Below, one piece after another: positions 1 through 11,989 of a stretch of DNA of 30,891 nt (positions are counted from its first letter, which is position 1; each line of letters starts with the position of its first letter). The notes beneath the pieces were generated by a model that saw only the letters and a list, made by a program, of their open reading frames with translations, made no database searches and was not told the origin of the DNA. This DNA is from Octopus sinensis (Eukaryota): contig NW_021832199.1 of the NCBI RefSeq assembly GCF_006345805.1, positions 1-30,891 on the forward strand. Direction: 5' to 3'. Position numbers and translations under genes: made by a program.

Positions 1-197
1 TCTGTGTTTGTTCCCCTAGCATTGCTTGACAACCGATTGCTTACGTCCCCGTCACTTAGCGGTTCGACAAAAGACACCGATAGAATAAGTACTGGGCTTA
101 CAAATAATAAGTCCCGGGGTCGATTTGCTCGACTAAAGGCGGTGCTCCAGCATGGCCGCAGTCAAATGACTGAAACAAGTAAAAGAAAAGAAAAAGA
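1..197 (+). mobile_element. tRNA-derived SINE family A (octopus OK/OR-like), 3' half, cut by window edge
   Basis: Same 3' body as the copies at 1031, 6177 and 11156 (CTTAGCGGTTCG...GGGGTCGATTTGCTCGACTAAAGGCGGTGCTCCAGCATGGCCGCAGTCAAATGACTGAAACAAGTAAAAGA). Confidence 0.85.
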
Positions 198-200
198 ATA

Positions 201-284
201 TACAGTACAGTACTGTTTCTACTTCGCGGATTTTTACCTATCGCGGGGGTTTGGGAACGTAAACCCGCGATAGTCAAGGGATTA

Positions 285-289
<5 letters not shown>
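201..289. mobile_element. Right end of a pogo/Tigger-like MITE
   Basis: Homologous to 11552-11642; ends CGCGATAGTCAAGGGATTAGTG-TA, the reverse complement of a TIR resembling that at 10738. Confidence 0.7.
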
Positions 290-317
<28 letters not shown>

Positions 318-319
318 AT

Positions 320-354
<35 letters not shown>

Positions 355-556
355 ACAAGTAAGGGTATATTAATCAACATACAAATTAATTTTTGATTTA
401 TTGAAAACTTATCTGCTTCTAGAGAGGGTACAGCAATCGTTTGGTAGCAGCCGGTACCGATTACAAATAAGACAGGGAGATAATCTCAAGAATCAGGAAT
501 TCTGCAAAATACCATTAAGAAAAAGACAATATGGTGATCTGGAAACAAAAGGATAA

Positions 557-597
557 CTGTGCATACGTTTCTGCTCTGATAGATATCATCAGCACAG
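557..597 (-). ncRNA. Hammerhead ribozyme-like motif (type I, minimal helix III), helix II decayed
   Basis: Minus strand: CTGTG-CTGATGA-TATCTATCAGAGCA-GAAAC-GTA-TGCACAG. Confidence 0.5.
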
Positions 598-699
598 CAG
601 TTTTACTTCATCTCCAACAACGCTCTAACGATTCTGCTAGCTCTCCGCCTATTAATTTTTTCTATTACAGTCATAAAACCTGAAATCTTAGGTGAAGTG

Positions 700-808
700 G
701 CCAGTCGATTCTATCGACCCCGAAACGATGAACGGCAAAATCGACCGGAAGAAATGCAGCTAAGCATTTTGTCCGACGCTATTACGATTCTGCCAGATCG
801 TCGCCTTT
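700..808 (-). mobile_element. Degenerate SINE family B fragment
   Basis: ATCGACCCCGAAACGATGAACGGCAAAATCGACC matches the reverse complement of the family B core at 5930-5960. Confidence 0.6.
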
Positions 809-976
809 TATTAATAGTTACTGTTGTGTGGACTTTGGTAGAAACAACAGACATGTTGAAGAGTATCTATGTTATTGTACAGGCGCTCGCGCGCAAACAT
901 GCACAAACGTGTGTATGTGTGTGTGTGTGTACAGTACTTGTTATGTATTATAATCAAATGTATGGATGCTTATATA

Positions 977-1017
<41 letters not shown>

Positions 1018-1030
1018 TATATATATTATA

Positions 1031-1417
1031 GGCGAAGGAGTGGCTGTGTGTTAAGAAGCTTGCTTCCCAACCACATAGTTCCGGGTTCAGTCCCACTGCG
1101 TGTTAACTTGGACAAGTCTGTTCTGCTATAGCCTCGGGCCGACCAAAGCCTTGTGAGTGGATTTGGTAGACGGAAACTGAAAGATCCCGTCGAATATATA
1201 TGTGTGTGTGTGTGTATTTGCGTGTCTGTGTTTGTCTCCCCACCATCGTTTGATAACCGATGTTGGTGCGTTTACGTCCCCGTTATCTAGTGGTTCGGCA
1301 AAAAGAGACCGATAGAATAAGTACACGGCTTACCAAAGAATAAATCCTGGGGTCGATTTGCTCGACTAAAGCGTTGCTTCAGCATGGCCGCAGTCAATGA
1401 CTGGAACAAGTAAAAGA

Positions 1418-1418
<1 letters not shown>
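1031..1418 (+). mobile_element. tRNA-derived SINE family A, full length
   Basis: tRNA-like head with A box (TGGCTGTGTGTT) and B box (GGGTTCAGTCCC), internal (TA)(TG) tract and conserved 3' body; flanked by (TA)n on both sides. Confidence 0.9.
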
Positions 1419-1476
<58 letters not shown>

Positions 1477-1579
1477 CATTACATACATACATACATACAT
1501 ATATATATATATAATATATAATATACATATATATATGTTTATATATATATACATATAATATATATATATACGTATATAT

Positions 1580-1616
<37 letters not shown>

Positions 1617-1749
1617 ATATATATATATATATACATCACACTATCGGTGATTTATAATATATATTTGAAATGTATTAATCGTTGCTTCAGTCAATATTCG
1701 GTTTTTGCTATGAGAAACCGTTTGTGTATATATACACATTCATCTAACC

Positions 1750-1807
1750 ATCGATCTACTACCTACCTACCTACTTACCTATCTGTTTGTGTATGTATGT
1801 ATGTATG

Positions 1808-1850
<43 letters not shown>

Positions 1851-1859
1851 ATCCACTTA

Positions 1860-1890
<31 letters not shown>

Positions 1891-1897
1891 TATATAT

Positions 1898-1939
<42 letters not shown>

Positions 1940-1940
1940 T
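1750..1940. repeat. Compound microsatellite (CTAC)/(TATG)/(TATC)/(CT)/(TA)
   Basis: Direct reading. Confidence 0.95.
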
Positions 1941-2204
1941 ATTTTGGCTCGAGTCAAGGTCACTTCAATCGAAAAGAAAGACGCTTCCACAGTGTTTGAG
2001 CCGTTTCTTAGAACTTCTTTGTTGCTTCCTTCATATTTGCGTGTGTTCTAGAGGAGACGGAAATGTGATTCAATGATGTTCATGCCTCATTCATATTTAT
2101 TGTAGTTATCGCATGAACGAACTCTTCGGCAATTTGTTTGTGTTATTAATTGATGTTAGTGTTTGAATATTGGGCGGCGGCAGGTTGAGCAGAAGGGAAA
2201 TAGT

Positions 2205-2221
2205 GAAAGTCGGTAGGAAAG

Positions 2222-2314
<93 letters not shown>

Positions 2315-2503
2315 AGAGAGAGAGAGAGGAGAGAGAGATGTAGAGTGTGAGACAGAGAGGGGGTGAAGATGAAGGCGAGGCAGAAATAAAGAGAAAAACG
2401 AAAGGGAATATAGAGAATGAATAGAGAGGTAGGAAGAAAGTCGAGTGAGAGGGTAGAGAAGAAAAACAGAAACGAAAGGAAGGCCAGAAGAATAGAACAC
2501 TTG

Positions 2504-2536
<33 letters not shown>

Positions 2537-2537
2537 T

Positions 2538-2605
<68 letters not shown>

Positions 2606-2682
2606 GTAGGTAGGTAGGTAGGTAGGTAGGTAGGTAGGTAGGTAGGTAGGTAGATAGACAGATAGGTAGATAGATAGACAGG

Positions 2683-2756
<74 letters not shown>

Positions 2757-2850
2757 TAGAGAGAAAGCAAGAGGTGGTAAAGGTGAGCGATAGACAGAGA
2801 AAAGCTAAGAGGAGGAGAAGGCGGAAGTGAGAGAAAGAGAAAATAAAGAT
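2205..2850. repeat. Purine-rich compound array (TAGA)n/(GA)n/(CAGA)n/(GGTA)n
   Basis: Long (TAGA)n runs at about 2222-2312 and 2538-2757. Confidence 0.95.
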
Positions 2851-3059
2851 AGCTCCATATGTCGTCTGATAATATAAATTGATTGATTTGATGGATTTCT
2901 TGACATAGATCGATTCATATACTGATAGTTGGTTTGATATATAATTTGATTGATAGATAGATTTATTGATATAGATAGATAATCTGATGAAGAAAAATAT
3001 TCAGTAGGTGGTAGTAAACTGAAGAGGAAGACAAGATAAGTGAGACAGAAGATTTTTCT

Positions 3060-4000
<941 letters not shown>

Positions 4001-4286
4001 GTTGCTTTTAATCAATCTCTTTCTCGCAGTTATTTATACATCTATATTTTCTCTTCCATGCCTCCGACAGCAGATAATTCACATGTATGCATATATATGT
4101 GTGTGTGTGTGTACTAAACAATTGCATGTTGCTAAATATAACAAGTGTGTAGTTTTATGCATGCGTATATGCATCTAATGTATGCATGCATGTACGTGTG
4201 CATGCTTGCATATATGCATGCGAGTCATATATGTATTCTATTTATGTAATGTTTGAATATGTACAGACGGTTTGCAGTGTAAATAA

Positions 4287-4321
<35 letters not shown>

Positions 4322-4770
4322 TATTGGCAGTACATTTTGCGGTGTATGCACATGTTTACATATGCAACCAGCTGCTGTTTATATATGCAAATGTTTTGTT
4401 TACGTGTAGAAACGTGTGCACAAGTTGCATGTATATGCTTACATACATCGCCGAAAGCATGCACATACACACACGCACACATAATTAAATGATGCTAGTG
4501 TGTAACCCGATCGATCAGATTTTTTGTTAAACCGAGCTACCGCCATGGCCATCCAGCCTCAAACTGAGTTATAAATGCATTTATCTAGGCCTACATTAGC
4601 TAAAGAGGCCGTCTTTTAGAAGATGATCGATATGGTTTTTAAAGGGAGTTCGCTGTTTCTAGCATAGCCTACCTTGGCATACAGAGTTATTTAGAGAGAA
4701 CCATACATACATACATACATACATACCATACATACATACATACATACATACATACATACATTCATAGATG

Positions 4771-4842
<72 letters not shown>

Positions 4843-4956
4843 TGTATGTATATATATATATAGGGAAAATTCACCCCCCAAAAAAACAAAAGACGAAGAC
4901 AGGTGGTGTAGATAACAAACAAATGTATTAATATAACACTCGGGGAGTGAAAAAGT

Positions 4957-4992
4957 CTTTAACGTTTCGAGCCTACGCTCTTCCACAGAAAG
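4957..4992 (-). ncRNA. Hammerhead-like motif HHR-A copy 1
   Basis: CTTT-CTGTGGA-A-GAGC(GTAG)GCTC-GAAAC-GTT-AAAG; helix I CTTT/AAAG, helix II GAGC/GCTC. Confidence 0.6.
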
Positions 4993-5144
4993 GAACACAG
5001 AAAGAAACAAGGAGAGAAAATAAAGAATGTGTAGTGGCTTGCGATTTATCATGGCGAATGCCGGACAAAAGGGTCACACAGGGGTTCAAATTTACAGAAA
5101 AAAAGACGAAGACAGATGGAGGAACAACAAGAAGGTGTATTAGT

Positions 5145-5312
5145 CACTAGCGTAGAGTGTGTGCCGCCCGGGGCGGCCCTTCCGTTTCCCGACCCCGGAC
5201 CCCACAAAAAAAAAAAAAAAACACATATTGCCTACAGTTATAGCCTATGACAGGATGAAAAGTGCCGCCCGGGGCGGACCGCACCTGCACCCCCTCCATA
5301 GCTACGCTAGTG
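5145..5312. mobile_element. hAT-type MITE inserted in the HHR-A repeat
   Basis: Perfect 11-bp TIR CACTAGCGTAG/CTACGCTAGTG; 8-bp TSD GTATTAGT/GTTTTAGT (7/8); subterminal TGCCGCCCGGGGCGG twice. Confidence 0.85.
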
Positions 5313-5346
5313 GTTTTAGTTTAATACTCAGGAAGAATGGAAAAGT

Positions 5347-5382
5347 CTTTTACGTTTCGAGCCTATGCTCTTCGACAGAAAG
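5347..5382 (-). ncRNA. Hammerhead-like motif HHR-A copy 2
   Basis: CTTT-CTGTCGA-A-GAGC(ATAG)GCTC-GAAAC-GTA-AAAG. Confidence 0.6.
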
Positions 5383-5834
5383 GAAATATGAAGTGGGGAA
5401 AATAAAAACGGAGGAAAATAATGTGCAGAGTTCAATATATTGATATGTACGTATTCACACACACACATACACACACACACACAGACACACACACACACAC
5501 ATTATGTGTATGTGTATAAAACTATATGTAATCTTGTATATCTGTTTATATATATGCATGCATGTATGAATGGATGGAGGAAGAGATAGCTGTATGGATG
5601 GGAAGGAGTGTATATGCATGTTTGCAATTATGCATCTATACTACATAATTCGCTTAATTATTGCATGTTATGTAAACATACACAGAATCTGATGCAAGAA
5701 CTTTCCAGTTGTTGAGTAAGTGCAACACATGTGTGCATGCATATGCATCTGAGTGTGTGCATGTGCATCCCTTAGTATGTGTACATTTAGATATGGTCTT
5801 TTATATAGCAATGTGATATCCTTTATGAATATGC

Positions 5835-6050
5835 AAGGCGGCGAGCTGGTAGAAACGTTAGCACGTTGGGCGAAATGCTTAGTGGTATTTCGTCTATCTT
5901 TACGTTCTGAGTTCAAATTCCGCCGAGGTCGACTTTGCCTTTCATCCTTTGGGGTTCGATAAATTAAGTACCAGTTGCGTACTGATGTCGATCTAATCGA
6001 CTGCCCCCCCCCTAAAATTTTCGGGCCTGGTATCTAGAGTAGAAAAGATC
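5835..6050 (+). mobile_element. tRNA-derived SINE family B (CORE-like; octopus OR2-like)
   Basis: AAGGCGGCGAGCTGGTAGAA head, B box GAGTTCAAATTCC, CORE-like GCCTTTCATCCTTTGGGGTTCGATAAATTAAGTACCAG. Confidence 0.85.
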
Positions 6051-6176
6051 CTTCATGAATATGTGTGTGTAGATGTATATATGGGCATTCGTGGATTTGC
6101 GTGCATGTAAAATGTTTGCATACGGATATGCCCTTATGTTTGTACGCAATGTATGCATGCTTATATATATTTATAT

Positions 6177-6544
6177 GTGGCTGAGTAGTAAGAAGCTTGC
6201 TACCCAACTACATGGTCCCGGGTTCAGTCCCACTGCACAAATGTCTTCTACTATAGCCTCGGACCGACCAAAGCTTTGTAAGTGGATTTGGTAGACGGAA
6301 ACTGAAAGAAGCCCGTCGTATACATATATATGTATATATTTGTGTGTGTGTGTTTGTGTCTGTGTTTGTCTCCCACCATCGCTTTACATCCGATGTTGGC
6401 GTGTTTACGTCCCGTAACTTAGCTGTTCGGGAAAAAACCGATAAAATAAGTACTAGGCTTACAAAGAATAAGTCCTGAAGTCTATTTGTTCCACTAAAGG
6501 TGGTGCTCCGGCATGGCCGCAATCAAACGACTGAAGTAATAGAA
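6177..6544 (+). mobile_element. SINE family A, near full length
   Basis: Aligns by eye to 1031-1418, with an internal deletion. Confidence 0.85.
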
Positions 6545-6739
6545 TATGTGTGTGTATACGGTCGCGCGCACACAAACACACTGTGTACACGTATATCGAG
6601 TGCATATGCGGGCGTAGATGTATAACATATGTAGGTATTAATCTGTGTGCATATGTGTGTCTGAGTGTTTCAACATAGCCGGGTTTACGTAATGATGAAT
6701 AGATTTTGCAATGGTTGGGAAGAAATGTGAATATACTTA

Positions 6740-6769
6740 TATGTGCGTGTGTGTGTGTGTTATGTACAT

Positions 6770-6822
<53 letters not shown>

Positions 6823-6823
6823 C

Positions 6824-6871
<48 letters not shown>

Positions 6872-6877
6872 CACCAT

Positions 6878-6937
<60 letters not shown>

Positions 6938-6995
6938 CAAGTATACACATACATATATACATATACATACAGTATATGTATATAATTATATGTAT
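6740..6995. repeat. (TA)n-rich microsatellite
   Basis: Direct reading. Confidence 0.95.
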
Positions 6996-7098
6996 GTTTG
7001 GTGATGCAAACAGGAAAATATAACTCAAAACAAGTTTATATCTGTATTTTTTATTATTTGTAATCGGCAAGAGGTAGTTTCTTTCGCTATTCCCTACC

Positions 7099-7154
<56 letters not shown>

Positions 7155-7449
7155 CTATTATTTATATATATTATATATATATATATATATAGAAACACAC
7201 TTCAACATTGTTGTAAAAAAGTTTTTTTAATACAATAATAAAAAACGTGCAAACCAGACCGTGTTGAAACTTTATTCATCTGATATATACACACATATAC
7301 ACATTTATGTGTACGTGCGGATTACTGTGCGTCTATCTCTCTCTTTCTGATTTTTTTTCTTTTGTTCTCAGTATATCAACTTGCTTATAACCGTATTATT
7401 TATCTGTAGTAAACCTTCAAGGCACATCTTATCGATCTTTCAAAATTGC

Positions 7450-8038
7450 ATTCATCTATCTATCTCTCTCTCTCTCTCTCTCTCTTTTCCTTCCCACTCT
7501 CTCCCCCTCTCTCTCCATCTATCTGTCTATCTATCTATCGATCTATCTACCATTCAGTCTGTTCGTCTGTCTGACCGTCTAGGCTCTTTGGAAATGTGTG
7601 TTCTAATTTTACCATTGCCATTAATTATATTTTATGTGTCTACATCACACTTTATGTATCTGTCAATCTCTGTTCGTTTTTCTCTCTTTAAACTCTCTCT
7701 CTCTCTCTCTCTCTCATACACACACACACATCTGCCTGCTTCTTTTCTTCTCTCTCTCATTCTCCCATACACACACCTCCACATACACACACACACCTGT
7801 CTGCCTATCCCCTTCTCTCCACACACACACACACACGCGCGCCTGCACACAGATATATGCACACACACACACACTCACACCAGCATGTGCATACGCACAT
7901 ACGTATACACACACAAACATGCACATGCGCACACGCGTCTATGTATACATACACATTTCTGCCTGTCTTTCCCCCCTCTTTCGCCCTCCAGATATTCTCT
8001 TCTGTCTGCCACCCCCTCTCCCTATATATTCCATCATA

Positions 8039-8070
<32 letters not shown>

Positions 8071-8235
8071 TCCCTCCTCTCTCTTTCTCTCTCACACATA
8101 TATACACGCACATGTACATACATACATACACACATACATGCACCTCTCTGCCGTTCTCTTTCCCTCTCTCCCCATCTCTTAGTTTCTCTCCCCTTCTCTC
8201 TCTCCCTCTCTCACCACACACCCACACACACTATC
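7450..8235. repeat. (CT)/(CA) low-complexity pyrimidine-rich field
   Basis: Direct reading; source of several spurious ORFs. Confidence 0.9.
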
Positions 8236-8771
8236 ATTTTGATACAATCGAAATTCGAAGAGATCAGAGAATGATTCTATGGTGCTTCACAATACAAACC
8301 CTTCTACATGTTTTTTTCAGTATTCTCTCTCTGTCTGCCTGCCTGTTTGCCTGTCTCTATCTCTGTCTGTTTCTCTCTACCTGCGCGCGCGCTCATTCCT
8401 GAAGTGAACGGATCTCTATCAGTTTCTGCGGTGAATATTCGAGTTTTCCCGTTCACTGAGCTGCCTAACTCTTTCACTGAATATATATTGCTGTAAGTAG
8501 CTGATTACCTGGCAATCATTTATGCAACTACCCCATAAACACTTATATTTCATATATTGTTCAACGGTATTGAACAGACAGATTCAGTGTTACACAGTGT
8601 ACGACCTAACTAACTGCTTTGAACTGTGGGTGCCTATTCGAGGTGTCTGTCTGGTCCTTGCCAATTAATTGCCAATGCATTTACAATTTGTATGTCACAA
8701 ATCGAAAGAACGCCACCCGTTCGGCATCAGTTTTCTCAATATATATACCTGTAGGTATGACTATATATCTA

Positions 8772-9163
8772 TCTATATATATATAAAGCTGAAGTTGTCT
8801 GTGTATGGCAGGTTTGGTAGCCTTCAACTAACACTATCTCCTCCGAGACCCTGCGGCGCAAGTTGACCAAAATTGAGAGTATGATAGAAGAAGGCTTGCT
8901 CTTCATTCCGTAAAAGGAAAAATTCAAATCGGACCATGTTAACACCAAAAATTATTTACATTAAAAAGGTCCTTTTTTTCTATGAAAATCCCTATTTCTT
9001 ACGATTTTTTGACTGCTGTATCGCCATTTTTCGGTGTATTTCAACCAGAAAAATGTTCTCTTAAAGAGAATAACAAGCTACATAATGCAAAATTTTTACT
9101 TTTCAAAAATTCCAATTCTAAAGGGTCGAACCAAACCCGAGCAACGCCGGGCGATACTGCTAG
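8772..9163 (+). mobile_element. Non-autonomous Helitron
   Basis: A|TCTATATATATATAAAGCTG 5' end; 3' hairpin CCCGAGCAACGCCGGG (9136-9151) followed by CTAG|T (9160-9164). These are canonical Helitron termini at an A/T insertion site with no TSD. Confidence 0.8.
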
Positions 9164-9187
9164 TGGTGGGGATATATATATATATAT

Positions 9188-9237
<50 letters not shown>

Positions 9238-9239
9238 TA

Positions 9240-9475
9240 TGTCTGTGCTTGTCCCCACCACCATCGCTTGACAACCGATATTACGGGGACGTAAACACAC
9301 CAATATCGGCTGTCAAGCGATGGTGGTGGGGACAAGCAACTTAGCGGTTCGGCAAAGGAGATCGATAGAATAAGTACCAGGTTTACAAAGAATAAGTTCT
9401 GGGGTCGATTTGTTCGATTAAAGGCGATGCTCTAGTGTGGATACAGTCAAGTGACTGAAACAAGTTAAAAAGAAA
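9240..9475 (+). mobile_element. SINE family A 3' half with an internal inverted duplication
   Basis: Family A body; 36-bp inverted repeat 9247-9282/9302-9337. Confidence 0.85.
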
Positions 9476-9507
9476 AACAAAATAACATGTATGTATATTT
9501 ATGTGTG

Positions 9508-9561
<54 letters not shown>

Positions 9562-9577
9562 TGTGTGCGTGTGTGTA

Positions 9578-9760
9578 TTGATCGCTAGCCACTAAGCCTT
9601 TTTTATTTTCTCTCTCTGCTTATTTCTGTGTTCCTTTCTGTTGAAGAGCGCAGGCTCGAAACGTAAAAGACTTTCTCACCTCCCGAGCGTTAAACTAATA
9701 CATCTGTTTGTTGTTACCCGTCTTTTGTTTTGTTTTTTGCTTTTTGTAAATTACAACTAT
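9578..9760 (+). mobile_element. HHR-A repeat monomer
   Basis: Reverse-complement homologue of 4868-5050. Confidence 0.75.
9634..9669 (+). ncRNA. Hammerhead-like motif HHR-A copy 3
   Basis: CTTT-CTGTTGA-A-GAGC(GCAG)GCTC-GAAAC-GTA-AAAG. Confidence 0.6.
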
Positions 9761-10365
9761 ATATCTATCTATCTATATATATAATATATATATATATATT
9801 ATATATATATGTAAATGTATACATGTGTGTATGCAGATATATATGTGTGTGTGTGTATGTATGTATATAAAATGTTTTAATTTATGTAATACATATATCT
9901 ATAATATATGCACACAAACACACATACACACACAGATTTATGAGATATATGTTTTTTGTATCTGCATCTATGTATATGTTTGTGTTTTATTTACCAACAC
10001 AAAAACACCGACTCCCAAAATCCAGCGTTTGATCAAAATAAGAAATTATGTAATCGATAACATATGACATCGATAAAGCATCAGTCTGAATCACCACTTC
10101 CAGTACTTAGCTTGTTCCGATCGACAAAATTCCTTGAAAGCGAAGAACCTAAAATTTTATGAAAAACTTGAATTTATTCATCTTCTGATCAACCCAGACC
10201 AAACAAACCCATCATCAAAGGCGTTCCGACCATGACTATCCTGGTGTATGTAAGACTATATTAGAATTCCTTCCATTCTTTATTGTTAAAACGATAGCGT
10301 GGAGATTCGGCCTGCACGAAAGGACCAGCCCTTCAGTTTTGATGTGGGAGTAGGGTGGGGTAGGG

Positions 10366-10624
10366 TAGTTGTTCTCAACCATTTTTTTTGTTACCTGGGA
10401 CCCCTTTCGTTCCTGTTTCACATGATTTAATGTTTTTAAAAAATCCTATTTATATTTTTAGGGTGAAATATTAAGAATTGCATTAAAAAATTGCTAAAAT
10501 ATTTTGCGTTTTAGAATTATAAACAATTTATTGCAAATAAATTTTAACGACAAAATCTTATATGAACCTCTAAGAATCATTATAGGCTCCCAAAGGTCAA
10601 ATAGGCCCCGGTTGAGAACCGCTG
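10366..10624. mobile_element. hAT (Charlie-like) MITE
   Basis: TIRs TAGTTGTTCTCAACC / GGTTGAGAACCGCTG; 8-bp TSD GGGTAGGG/GTGTAGAG (6/8). Confidence 0.8.
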
Positions 10625-10737
10625 GTGTAGAGCATAAAATGATTGCGGCTTAGGGGCGCCCTCTCTGGCCCCTGTCATGTTTGCCCTTGGTAGAAGTTTT
10701 GATAATGTTTCATCTATATTCTTTGTTGTGATGTATG

Positions 10738-11642
10738 TAAAGTAACCCCTCGCCATATCGGGGTTCACCTATCGCGCACTCAGTACATCACGGACCTTTC
10801 ATGGTTAATATATGTAAATTTATATCGTGGACTCCTCAGTATATCACGGGTTTCTGCAGCCGTTAGGTATTTATATTTTTGGGGATTTCAAATATTTCTG
10901 TCGTAAATTCAGCATTTTCACGCCTAAAAATTAATAAATTAATAAATAAAAATTCAGTACTGCTCTGTATAACACATTAATTAGAATATATTAACAGAAA
11001 ATACGTAGTGTACCGTAGATGAGTAAACAAAGTATCGCACATAGTGTGTGGAAAACGAAACTCGGGAGGCGAGTGTGTAGCGTTGTTTTGCATTTATGAT
11101 AAAATAAATATATACAAATTATAAAAATAATATATACATATATATATATTATATAGACGTAGGAGTGGCTGTATGGTAAGTAGCTTGTTTACCAACTACA
11201 CGGTTCCGGGTTCAGTCCCACTGCGTGGCACCTTGGGCAAGTGTCTTCTACTGTAGCCTCGAGCCGACCAAAGCCTTATGAGTGGATTTGTTAGATGGAA
11301 ACTGAAAGAAGCCCGTCGTATATATATGTGTGTGTCTGTGTCCACCCCCACCCCCCCAAATAAAAACATCGCTTGACAACCGTTGCTGGTGTATTTACGT
11401 CCCCGTATCTTAGCGGTTCGGCAAAAGAGATCGATAGAACAAGTACTAGGCTTACAAAGAGTAAGTCCTGGGGTCGATTTGCTCGACTAAAGGCGATGCT
11501 CCAGCATGGCCGCAGTCAAATGACTGAAACAAGTAAAAGAGTAGAAGACTATACAGTACAGTACTGTTTCTACTTCGCAGATTTTCACTTATCGCAGGAG
11601 GTTTTGGAACGTAACACCCGCGATAGTCAAGTGGTTACTTTA
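10738..11642. mobile_element. pogo/Tigger-like MITE containing a SINE
   Basis: Left TAAAGTAACCCCTCGCCATATCG vs right (reverse complement) TAAAGTAACCACTTGACTATCG; TA at both ends; subterminal TTCAC(C/T)TATCGC repeats. Confidence 0.75.
11156..11547 (+). mobile_element. SINE family A, full length, nested in the MITE
   Basis: Head GACGTAGGAGTGGCTGTATGGTAAG through tail GAAACAAGTAAAAGA. Confidence 0.9.
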
Positions 11643-11989
11643 TTCAATAACAAGGGGATTTTGTATGTCTATCGTAGGAGAGTCTTTTTTTTCCTGGTGG
11701 TATATATGTATGTATATCTCTTTTGAATCTAATTATTCAAATTCTTCCTCTTAAAAAGAAGCTGGGTTCTAACAAAGACACAAAGCTCCATCTTTGGAAT
11801 GTAGACAACGAAAACAATGTCATATTCTAAACCTGAGAAAAGTTTTGCATAGTTTTTACTGTTGCGCTTACAGATTGTATTTGTAATGTACGAATCAGTT
11901 AATTGATTTCTTTTTCTGAAAATCCAAGCTTATCCACACTGACAGTTGGACATCTATTATATAAAATCTGTTATGTGTGTGTGTGTGTG

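Larger units (their letters stand above)
4868..5425 (-). mobile_element. Tandem pair of a hammerhead-bearing repeat (family HHR-A; retrozyme/Penelope pLTR-like), unit about 215 bp
   Basis: AAAAGACGAAGACAG...GTATTA...AAAGTCTTT(T/A)ACGTTTCGAGCCTA(C/T)GCTCTTC(C/G)ACAGAAAGGAA occurs twice; homologous copies at 9578-9760 (+) and 25176-25345 (-). Confidence 0.75.

Noticed and set aside
1950-2215. Unique island checked as an exon
   Set aside because: No convincing splice-site pair or recognisable peptide on either strand.
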